Positions 12,199 to 22,824 of a DNA stretch of 64,000 bases are shown in pieces. Location of the stretch: assembly GCA_004022145.1 (NCBI GenBank), contig RCNU01000001.1. One strand, written 5' to 3'. How positions within the stretch are numbered: the stretch's first letter is position 1; each line of letters opens with the position of its first letter. Origin of the DNA: Paecilomyces variotii. Lineage: Eukaryota. The notes below the pieces were generated by a model that worked only from the letters and a program-made list of their open reading frames with translations, searched no databases and was not told where the DNA came from. The position numbers were made by a program, and so were the translations under genes.

Positions 12199-13899
12199 CT
12201 ATATCTTTTGGGCCCTGCTGTTTCGGGATCCCCTCCCCAAAACAAATTCATACAACCCTTCTTCCAGCTCGATTAGTAGATCCACCACAATCGCATCCAT
12301 AGTTGGCAGGAGTTGTGTGAATAAAGTAGCGGCTATGCCACTTTCACGGTCAATCCACTGCGCACAAGCAATCGTTAGAATAACATCATGGCCTACATAT
12401 ATGATTTGCGACGAAGGCAGTGAAAGGTTATACTAACCCAATGAAGATTTGGCAATCCAGCCCAGCTGACTGTCCCTTTTCTCCTTCGACCTGGGATATC
12501 TCGCAGGGTAACGGTCCCAGCTAAGCAGTGATCCGCCTGGTCAACATCATCTGTACCCCTCGCTCCAAGAACTCGCCTCATTTGTCTCCCAGCGCCCACA
12601 AGCATAGATGAGCGAATAACGCGTGTCAATTGAGGTTGAAATAATACGTGCACACTGCGTTCAGTAAGAAGTCCCTTCCCTCCTTGGAGCAGTATGGTCA
12701 AGAGTTTGATGTAGTCGTCTGCTGTGCCGAAAAGGCCAATACCACCTAGGTCGTTCTTCCGTGGATACTCGAGCGTAACCCGACCTGGGCCAATGTAACT
12801 GTCGCCACTCTCTGTACGGATCCGCGCTCCCATTTCGAGTTGGGGAGGTAGTTTATGACGGTTCTTTTCGGGGTGGAATGTGGTGCACGTAGCACCTATT
12901 TTAGACCATATATTCGCCTTCATGTACTCTTCAAGAGTGGTATTTGTCTTCCGTTCGATCTGATAAGATTAGTTGAGTGCAATTATGTAAATGATAAGTG
13001 CATGGTATACTAACAATCACTCCTGCCCAGTCCAATCCACCTCCATATGCCCAAGATGTCCCCGGTTCGAAAATAAGAGGATGGTAATAACCGTCCTAGA
13101 TCCAGAATGACTTGTCATGACAAGAGCTGAATAAGTCACAGTAGGAGAATGAGGGAAGACATACCATGCTTCCGCAGAATGTGTGAGATTTCCGTTTGTT
13201 CGACTTAGACCATTGTTGCAAAAGAGGGCTTGAGTGATCATAACAAAGGCCTGAAGTGTGGCAGAGTAAATCCCTATATACGACCGGTAACATTATTAGC
13301 TCATGCTAAGCCATTCACTTGGAAACATATGCATGTAGCTTCTCATCTCCATGGTCTAATTACTTGATTGTTATTTCCGTCTTGGCTTTCTCCGTCCTGA
13401 AGCCAGGATATGGCTTCCCTCCTCCATTGGATCTGGATGATGGGACCCCATCGGAGCCCTCAGGGGCAGATCCACTAGAGGTGTCCTGGTCATAAAGCAA
13501 GATGTCGATGTCCCTCAACTCAGGAAGCGTATCGCAGACATTTTCATCTAAACTAGCAAGACCCTTTTCAACCAATTGCATCATCGCGACCGCAGTGACA
13601 AGTTTCGTCAGAGATGCTATCCAACATAGTGACGTTGGATGTACTGGGGTGTCATTTTTAGGATCGAGCTTTGACTTTCCAGCGGCGCGGCGGTATATGA
13701 TCTTTCCTGTTTATGATTAGCCGTTAAGCATATGATAGCCTACTATTCAGTAAGAACTGAAGACCACAGTCGAAGCCTTATGTTTTAGGAAGAAGGGGAA
13801 AGGGTTACCAGAATGATCCACGGCTATAAACACCGCTGCGTGAAGCGAACCAGTCGTGGGGTTTGTAAATTTATCCAATGTCGCGTCTAATCTCTCCAT
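12199..13899 (-). CDS. Beta-lactamase-family serine hydrolase / LovD-like transesterase, six exons
   Basis: The spliced frame is intact from ATG 13899 (MERLDATL) to TAG 12199. It carries SxxK (WIASLTK), LLCHTSG, FEPGTSWAYGGGLDWAG, SWAGLPNLHW|WIDR, and all introns are GT-AG. Confidence 0.88.
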
Positions 13900-14771
13900 T
13901 ATTTCGAAATGTATGTATGTTGTATGTTGGATGTATGTACCTCGCTTCAAGGATAATGACTCGTCGGTAGTAGTCCACCAGATTATATGATAGTGTTTAT
14001 TTTAATGTAACAACGCGCGAGAGTATACCATAGCAATGGTTTTCTTTGCGCTATTGAACTCGGCACTAGTTAACTAGGGTGCGGGCGCATCACAGATGTG
14101 CCTCGGTTATTACTTATAGACTGTGTTATCAGACTGGAGTGCTGATATTCAGCGTTGCTTTTATTCTGTCAGAGAGGTGCCTACAATACTATCGAACCAT
14201 ATTTCATGATATCAGCACACCGCCGACTTATCTTCCCTGTATCTTATTTTATGCTACCTCAGAAAACACTCTGTGATGCGATGCAGAAACAGAAGACCAA
14301 GGCCGTCGGTTTTTCTTGTGACTGTTACATATGCCAAGCTCGAGGGGAAGATATCATTTGGACAACTACAGTTTCGTATTTTTACAAAGCATCTGATCTT
14401 GACCCATGCATTGAGTAACTACCGCAAGACAAACAAACATCCTAACATATCTATTACAGGATGTTGTATTATATCAACGGTGCTCCTTCCAGTAGCTCTT
14501 GGGTTACATCGTTGAGACTAGGTAAATCCGAGCTTTTAATCTAGATAAAACAAACGAAGACAAGGAAACAGGATGCAGAAAAGTTCTCTCATGGCTTACT
14601 CGCTGGTTCACTCACTTCCATAGTCAGTACTTTCGGTCTGCAAAGTAGAAAGAATCAAATAGGACAATTTATAATAACTAAACGCATGGTATCCGTAACG
14701 TAGCCTTTCGCATGGAAAGATCAAACCCCCGCAGTATCCCCAACATGCCACATAATAGTTGCATTTCCCTC

Positions 14772-15328
14772 TTATCCACAGCTCTTGCACTCAGGGCCTC
14801 TGATATCATCAACTCTTCCAATTCTCCTGGGACCACCACCGCCACCACCAGGACCGCCGGGACCGCCTCCTCCAGAACTACCACCCCATCGCGGTCTGTT
14901 ATTGTAGGAATTGCCTGATCTTCGAATATTGAATTTCGACTCCTCTGCTGCTTTCAGGGGATCAAGCTAACACCAAACAAAACAAAGCGTCAGCTAATCA
15001 TTATCCCGGACATAACTATAAGACAAGACACGACAGGTATGTCGCTCGGAATTCACCACCGGATATCAAACTTACCGAAAACAACGTCACGAAATACAGT
15101 CCGAAGAAGAAGTAGACATCATCGATCCAACGGATAATGCGAGTAGTGAGCGGAGGACTGCGCAGTATATCGTTAGCTGTAAACTGTCCTACTATTCTCT
15201 GCGATGGGACCGCGCTTAGATGCGGTTTCTAGGCGACGATCCCGAGGAAAGCCAGCGGGGAGTCCGTACCTTTCTAGGACTTGTCCGTTGGAGATGTAGG
15301 GTTTTCCGGGTTTTCCGGGGGTCGACAT
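14772..15328 (-). CDS. Selenoprotein K (SelK/SelG family) cysteine homologue, 111 aa, three exons
   Basis: Exons 15328-15270, 15157-15076 and 14966-14772 with canonical splice sites give MSTPGKPGKPYISNGQVLESPPLTTRIIRWIDDVYFFFGLYFVTLFSLDPLKAAEESKFNIRRSGNSYNNRPRWGGSSGGGGPGGPGGGGGGPRRIGRVDDIRGPECKSCG*. The YISNGQVL start, hydrophobic helix and Gly-rich PRRxGR tail match SelK architecture. Confidence 0.9.
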
Positions 15329-15845
15329 CGTCGCGAAGACTATCTATGTTGATTTGGTAAAGAGATGAAGAGTATCCTGTTAGGATGTGTCTTGGGCGTT
15401 ATCTGGGGAAGGCGATGCAGGAGCCTGGCCAGCGGCGGACCCTCTTTGTTAAGGCATCATCAAAGGCCAAGCCTATTTGGGTTAGTCTGTTTTATTTCAG
15501 TACCAAGAGCTGCAGGGCCGGATTTCTTGATAGTGTTATTTTCTCTGAATTAGGAGATGACCTCGTAGGAGGAAAGATTACAATCTTGCAGCTATATCTG
15601 ATGTAATACCGGGGTGATGTGCCATTGACATTACACAGAGTTCATAATGAGCATTAGGTAGGTAGTTACAACTACTGGTATGGCGCCAGATAACCCGAGC
15701 TGACAATTCAGTGGGCGCCTTGCATGACATCTCAATTCATTAACTGACATTGTAGCAATAAGAACTCCACTTAATTCTGCGAATAAATACGCCTCAGATC
15801 AAATGAGATTCCAATACCTGATGGTAGAGTAGTAGACTCCCAGAA

Positions 15846-15857
15846 GATCACGTGATC
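15846..15857. promoter_or_regulatory. Perfect 12-bp palindrome GATCACGTGATC (E-box/bHLH-type site) in the SelK-RPN5 divergent promoter
   Basis: Seen directly; CACGTG core about 260 bp upstream of the RPN5 ATG. The binding factor is inferred. Confidence 0.45.
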
Positions 15858-16116
15858 ATACGCGCTTACCGCCCTGGACTGTTGCCGCCCGCCAGCTGGA
15901 GCTTACCCAGCAGGCAGTGCTGCCGACGTACCTGAACAGACGCCGTAAACCTCCCTTCGAGCTCTCGAATTGCAACCCCTCCACAAGCAGGCAACCGCCA
16001 AATCTCACACCATCATCGCAGTTGGGATACACGGCCCTCATCAATATTAGATACCTCTATCACCCCAAGCTGCAAGTGATCTCGACTGAACAGGTGACGT
16101 ATCGACTCTCGTCACC

Positions 16117-17822
16117 ATGTCGGAAGGCCCTCTCTTCAAGCCGGAGAAGGACTTCTCCAAGGATGCCGACAAGCTCATTCCAGAGGCGGAGGCGCTTGCA
16201 AAGGTGTGAAAAGCTTCTTCAGCTTCGAAGTCGTCCCCATACTGACCAGCCATGATCGGCAGACGGACGTGCAAGCAGCCATCGACAAGCTCTTGGTGTT
16301 GGAGAAGCAGGCAAGACAGGTAGGCTCTCTGAGAGCTGGTATAAACTGTAGAACAGTGGCTGACTATGCGACACGACAGGCTTCGGATCTTGCGACTACC
16401 TCTAGAATCCTCCTCACCATTGTTACGCTAAGCAAGGACTCGGGCGACTGGGGCTTATTAAACGACCAGGTTCTCTTGCTGTCCAAGAAGCATGGACAAC
16501 TCAAGCAGGCCATCACGAAGATGGTGCAGAAAGTGATGAGCTTCCTGGATGAGACACCTAATATGGAAGTGAAATTGTCCGTGATTGAAACCTTGCGGAC
16601 GGTGACGGAAGGAAAGGTTGGTTTACAGCTGCGGATCGGCGAAAGATCTCATGTCGCTAACAAGGATGATAGATTTTCGTTGAGGTCGAGAGAGCTCGAG
16701 TTACGCGTATCTTGTCCGACATTAAGAAGGCTCAAGGCGATTTGAATGCCGCTGCGGATATCCTTTGCGAGCTGCAGGTGGAGACCTTCGGGTCCATGAG
16801 CAGGAGAGAAAAGACGGAGTTCATCCTAGAGCAAGTGTCACTTTGCATTGAGCGAGGAGATTGGACACAGGCTGGAATCCTGAGTCGCAAGATCAACAAC
16901 AAGAAATATTTTGCCCGCAAACCCAAGAAGTCTCCCGAGCAGCTCGAGAAGGAAAAGAAGGAGGCTGAGGAAAAGGAAAAGACTCGCGAGCCTGATGAGC
17001 CGCCAGCAGAGGTTGACGAGGATGTAACGGATCTGAAGCTGCGTTACTATGAGCAGCAGATTATCCTTGCCAACCACGACCACAAGTACCTGGAGGTTTG
17101 CAAGCACTACCGGGAGGTTCTGGACACCGAGTCTGTCGAGAACAACCCGGAGCAGCTCCGTGCCGTAAGATTTCCCGCACTCTTGGGGTGACTTTCTCTC
17201 CGCTAACCATGGACCACAGGTTCTTGCGAGAATCATCTACTACATTGTGCTGTCTCCCTACGATAACGAGCAGTCCGATCTGCTGCACCGTATCCAACAA
17301 GATAGCCGCATCTCTGCGGTACCGGTCGAAGCCCGTCTGATCAAGCTGTTCACCATTTCTGAGCTGATGCGCTGGCCCATGGTTGCTGAACAGTTTGGTC
17401 CCCACCTGACCAGCACCGACGTCTTCAGCGCCCAGCCGAGTGGCACTTCCGATGACCAGGCCTACACGAGATGGCAGGACCTGCGGAAACGCGTGATCGA
17501 GCACAACGTGCGTGTAGTGGCCAAGTATTACACTCGCATCCAGATGGGTCGTCTGACGGAGCTTCTGGATCTGAACGAGGACGAGACGGAGAAGTACATC
17601 AGCGACCTGGTTACCTCCAAGACAATATACGCCAAGATCGACCGTCCTGCACGAGTGATCAACTTTGCCAAGCCCCGTGATGCGGATGATGTGCTGAACG
17701 AATGGAGCAGCGACATGAAGAACCTGCTGGATCTTCTGGAGCGCATCGACCACTTGATCACCAAGGAGGAGATGATGGCGCGGATTTTACCGACTCGAAG
17801 TGAGAAGGCGCGGGCTCACTAG
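16117..17822 (+). CDS. RPN5: 26S proteasome lid subunit Rpn5 (PCI domain)
   Basis: ATG 16117 (MSEGPLFKPEKDFS), four introns; motifs LEKQARQASD, KKHGQLKQAI, VTEGKIFVEVERAR, ELQVETFGSM, RVIEHNVRVVAKYYTRI and AKIDRPA. Confidence 0.96.
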
Positions 17823-18025
17823 GGCTTTTGATGAATGGATGAGGGCGGAATGCGGGCATGTAAAATAATCGCATTGTCGGGCAGTCAGGGGGTTGTAGCC
17901 AGACGCTATTAAAGTAAGACCATGCGACAAATTTTATGATGAATTCCAATGTCTATTCGATTCTGTATGGTGTGCCATCTAAGCATCACCCCGTAACCGT
18001 AACAAACAGTAGTTATGGATGGATA

Positions 18026-18907
18026 CTAAAAGGGAACATCCATATCCTCGACCCTCTCCTCCGCCTGCGGGCCCTTCTCCGTCTGTCCCTCCAGAGACTT
18101 CCGAATAAACAACACCGCGGCGTCCAGATACGTCCTCTGACTCGGCAGAAAATGACCACCAGGATGCCAAACAACCTTCCCTTCCTTCTCCGGCTCTCCC
18201 GCACACGCCTCGATCAGCGACCTACTCCGACCCTCATCCACGACACTATCCAACGAACCCAACACATGCAACACCGGCGTCTGAATAGCCGGACGTTCAT
18301 AAAACCCACGATACCTCGGCCCCGGCGCGCGAAACCCACTATAACACAGCGCAAACTTCAACGGCGGATGCGACACGTTCTCCGACACAAAGGACTCTGG
18401 AAACGGAATCCCAGCCACATTCTCCTGTAACCCCAACCCATCAGACGCGATCTTCGCATCAGTAAAATACTCAAATGCCTCTTTTCTCCCGGGTTCCAGC
18501 AGACTCGCCACCATGGCAGCTAAAGCTGCGCCTTGCGAAAAGCCAATCACGCCATCAAACGGCCCTTCTGTCCGAAGCACTTTGGCGACAGTCTCTAGGC
18601 CGTTTTCTAGACCGATGTATTCGGGTGGATTGGAGGCCCGCGAGATCCGCCACCAGCTGTACGCTTCGGGTTTGTCTTGCTCTTGCTCTTGGTTCTGGTC
18701 GTTGTTGTTGTTGGTGCTGTCGTAGCCGGGGATGTCGTCGGGGTTGAGACGGCGAGGACCAGTGGGGTAGGAGAAGGAGACGTCGTGTAAGGGGAAGGAT
18801 TTCTGGAGATGTTTGGTGAGAGCGCGGGTTTTGTTGTAGAATAATGTCCCGGATTGGGTGTAGCCGTGGAGCATGAGGATCTTGAGAGGTGGTTTGGGGG
18901 GTGTCAT
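18026..18907 (-). CDS. FSH1/OVCA2-type serine hydrolase
   Basis: KILMLHGYTQSG, nucleophile GFSQG, LHVLGSLD and HPGGHFLP motifs. Confidence 0.92.
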   Translation of the reverse strand: MTPPKPPLKILMLHGYTQSGTLFYNKTRALTKHLQKSFPLHDVSFSYPTGPRRLNPDDIPGYDSTNNNNDQNQEQEQDKPEAYSWWRISRASNPPEYIGLENGLETVAKVLRTEGPFDGVIGFSQGAALAAMVASLLEPGRKEAFEYFTDAKIASDGLGLQENVAGIPFPESFVSENVSHPPLKFALCYSGFRAPGPRYRGFYERPAIQTPVLHVLGSLDSVVDEGRSRSLIEACAGEPEKEGKVVWHPGGHFLPSQRTYLDAAVLFIRKSLEGQTEKGPQAEERVEDMDVPF

Positions 18908-19357
18908 GGTGAGTGGTGATGATTTGAGGATCGAGTTTAGGATAGTTCTGTATATAAATGAAATAAAGATAACCCTCTCGTGTATTCTAAAAGAATGCCT
19001 TGAAACGAATGAACGTGTAGTTAGTTGTCGAAACAGCCAGCTATAGGAGAGAAATAGTCAAGTCGTACCAATGCAATAACTAGTTAAATTAGTTAATAAT
19101 AATTCCCGCTGGGAGTTTTAACTAGTTCAACCAACTGAACTAACCAACTAACTAACCCCGATAAGATAAGACTCCCTCCATCTCCCAACGAGAAAGAGAG
19201 AACGAGAAAGTTGAAAATAGCGTCATAAGTTTCAACCGTCGTCATCGCCATCTTTGGTTCTCTTCCTTTTTTTCTCCTTTCATTCCACATTCTCTCTGTT
19301 CTTGTTTATTTCTTATCTGTCCACATACATAAAAAAAGAAAAGAAAAGAAAAACACC

Positions 19358-20076
19358 ATGAGCGAGGAACTTCTTGACTTTAACGCAGAGCGCGTGGATC
19401 GCCAAATGGCAGACTTGTTAGAGTATGTTTTTTTCTTGTTTTATTCCCCTTCCCCCCTCTTCTTCCCCTCTTCAATGCTGGATGGATGGATGGATGGGGG
19501 ACTATGTCATACTTTCCATGCCATTCAGTATACTTCCTTTTCACTCACACAACATACCTATTGAACATACCACTCATAAACAGCTCTTTCTTTCTTTTTG
19601 TCTTCAAAACCCCCCTCCCCCCAATAAAACATCCCTAACAGAAAACCCTTAAAAACAATAGCCAGCCAGCTAACCAACTCACCCCCAAAACACTCCCCCT
19701 CCCCCCTTCCCAGGGTAGGCACCAGGGATCGGGGCCCGGGGGAGCGTTTTAACGGGTATTATTGAACACCAACAGCTCCTTCGAATCCCACCCACGCATG
19801 CAACCACCAAACGTAAACCCAACCATCTTCTTCCTCTTCGACTTCGTCCGCAACACCCACCGACAGCTGAAGACGATCGATTTGGAAAGCGTCCGTGCGG
19901 GAGACACGACCGCGCGCCAGCAGGTGACTGAGGTGTTGGCGCGGAATCGGTTCGCGAATGAATTGATTAATGATAAGACGGGCAAGTTGGCCATGATGAC
20001 GGGTGATGATCCGAGGAATCCGGTCGATTTGGGTCCGGATATTAAGGCGAAGGCGCAGGCTTTGTTGCAGGTTTGA
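19358..20076 (+). CDS. Small hypothetical protein (about 121 aa), two exons
   Basis: Exon 1 19358-19422 (MSEELLDFNAERVDRQMADLL) splices via GTATGT...CAG (19423-19775) in frame to DSFESHPRMQPP…AQALLQV*. Confidence 0.65.
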
Positions 20077-21655
20077 ATGAAGTATTGTTATATTCGATTT
20101 ATGCAGAACGGACCAAAAAAGATTGGGGGAGGGGGGGAAAGATGAAGACAGACAATCCTCCCCAGTATATGCTTGTATTGTCATGTTATGTCATGTCATG
20201 CTTCCGACTGAAAATGGATCTTCAGGTCGTGGATTGACAGAAGCAGAACAGAAGCAAAGGAAGAAGAAGAAGCTTCTTTTTGATAATCGCTGAGCGCTAG
20301 CCAAACGATATATCATACTATAGTAGTTACCACGAACAAGTCCAGGAAGAGCGGGCTGCTCAGAGCCAGACAATGTAGATACATAAACTATCAGTTTTCG
20401 TCTACGTCTAAAATGCCTTTCATCTTGTCATGCAGTATCGATCGATACTCAGGCCAGTCCTTCATTCCTAAGGAATATCCATTCTGATCTCGCCTCCTCC
20501 CCGACCGGGTGTTGGGTTAGACTCCCCATGGATTATACTCACTCATGTAGCATGATCCGTAAGTATGCGTTTCTCAGTTTGATCCAGATACATATAGATA
20601 TCTATAACTATAACTATATCCATAGTTAGATCCATGTCTTATTATACAAGATAAGCCCAGTTAAGTCGAGGTATAGGTTCTGCATGAGCTGAATTATATG
20701 CTCGGGGTGATGCGTATCAAAATGGAGATGGCAGGTCCGTAGTTCTTTATTTTGGCGGGGAAGTGGGCTCTGCTGTGTCTGTCGGAGGGGTCTAGCTTAT
20801 CCCAATCCATTCTAGCATGTCTATACATACCATATCTGGGCATAGGGAGGACTGTGCATACGGGCAATGCTACAGCATTAATTACATCATGGTAGATGGG
20901 TCAGGCCTGGGTCGAAACAATTTACGCTATCTACTCTTACAACGGCAGGCATCGGGAGACTACAGACAAGACGACAGAGGACAGGTCGCTTGATTCATCC
21001 CATCGAACAATACCTAACTAGCGTACAGATACATCCTTGCTGAAACGGACAGACGGACCCAATGGCAGAAAAACATGTATCCTTGATGGACGCCCATCTC
21101 CACTACAAAATGTCTTTTGCCAATGGTTGTCTGTCCACTTGCACCGCCGAAGGATTCCTCTGCGGCCTCCGAAAGCCATACGCCATCCTCTCTTCCTTAT
21201 CCAATACCGCGGAAGATCCGTCCCCCGGTGTATCAGACACTGGCAGAACGAGAAAGGGAACAGACGTACAACGGCTGCAAGAGCGCATGAGAGAAAAAAA
21301 GATCTGGGCAAGATATTGGGGGTAAAAAAAGGAAAACACGCAAGTCGATATTAGATTGAACCCGGTTGACTCGCCAGATATCCGGAACCTTCATTCTCTC
21401 TTTCTCCGTGAGAAACAGTTTTAACATTTTTTTCTTTCATGATTCATCCGATAAAGTATTTGGTATTTTGGGAGGAAAAAAGTTTTGCTTTCGTTTTCTC
21501 GGGTGAAGCTTTGGGGCGATGATTCCATCTTCTATCTGGATTCGGTGACACAGACATCAAGGAACACGCAAATCAATCATCGAGGAAGGAAAAACTGTGT
21601 TTTAACGCCATGGTTGCTTTTCATCGCAGGGGGTCCGTAACATTTGCAAAACAGT

Positions 21656-22149
21656 TTACTTCCTCCGGAAAGAGCATCCCTCAGTGAGTCTGGCCTTGCC
21701 ACCGGTGGGCTGGCACAGGACGGTCGAGCATCCAGCGCAGATGACGACGGTCTGGGCGTGCGAGAAGACGGTGGTGATGGTGAAGCAACCGGGGCACTTG
21801 ACGTCCATGAAGAAGGAGCGAGGAGCAGGCACAAGAGTCTGTTGAGGAGAAATTATTTCCATGTCAGCCAGCCGTTCTGTCTTTGAGTCGTGTCTTTGGA
21901 TCGAAACTATCGGGTAGATCGCACCTTGAGCTTGTGCTTGCGGGCCTCAGTCTGAGGGTTGGGGTTGAGGAGATCGACCGCGAGAACCTGTAGATGGAAG
22001 CAAAACCTGTCAGTCACAAATTCCTCCTGGATGCAATATTTCATGATGGTGGCCACATCGCCACGGTCGGCTGGTAGAGGCCCTAGCAGGGGCGCAACCA
22101 TCGAACCTGGTATGGTCAAGGGTCAACGAGGCCGGACAGCACCTACCAT
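21656..22149 (-). CDS. RPS27: 40S ribosomal protein S27 (eS27)
   Basis: ATG-only first coding exon (22147-22149), then VLAVDLLNP…[24 protein letters not shown]…[27 protein letters not shown]. Confidence 0.98.
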
Positions 22150-22824
22150 CTTGGCAAGACTTGATTATTATCAGCGAGGAGAGTTGATAATGGCGCTGAT
22201 GCAGATGGCCTGGTGAGGGTAGGGAACGGAAGAGGTGGTCTCGTGGTGATGGAGATCGAGAAGTCGAAATCAGTCAGTGGAGCCGCTCAGCACGCCCAAA
22301 GTGAGCGCGCATAGGGTTTGTGCCCTCGCTTAGTTGACTTTTTCCAGCGACCCGCGTTGCCACCCGCGCCGCAGCTGATGAGGACCTTCTAGGCCTTCGA
22401 ACTGGCCTCTACAGATACAAATACAAATCATACAGTTTCATTAACAGTTTAACTAACGAGAGATCCTACGTCCAGTTGAACCAATTATGATCACTGCGAA
22501 GAGCTTCCAAGAAATGAAACAAGCTTCTCATTAAAACAATTCAGAATAGATAGATCACATGAAGTATACAAGTTGGTCTATATGACGATAAGTTAATCGG
22601 GTCTGCTCATCAAATGGACATCATACTCTGTCTCGGCCCTGCCAGACCCTCTATAGTCTAATACGCTTACCACGCGTTCTTAGTCTGTACAATTCGCCCT
22701 CCACTTCTCGATGGTAATGCGGCATCTCGACATCTTTTCGTGGTCATGTAATGAAGTGTTGCCGGTAATAATATAGGGATCCAACCGTTGCTCACGTCGT
22801 GACAGACGAAACATTGCTCGTCGA

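Noticed and set aside
13017-13100. Apparent frameshift or pseudogene in the beta-lactamase-like gene
   Set aside because: The fragmented ORFs are explained by introns; the spliced frame reads FEPGTSWAYGGGLDWAG without interruption.
14600-14774. Selenocysteine recoding or SECIS for the SelK homologue
   Set aside because: There is no in-frame TGA: the gene uses Cys codons and ends at TAA.
21350-21380. tRNA or Pol III A/B-box-like GGTTCAATC on the minus strand
   Set aside because: No cloverleaf, the spacing to the A-box-like sequence is too short, and T-runs follow immediately.
22011-22018. Homol D-like CAGTCACA in RPS27
   Set aside because: It overlaps the intron branch site (CTGAC on the minus strand) and is not in the promoter.
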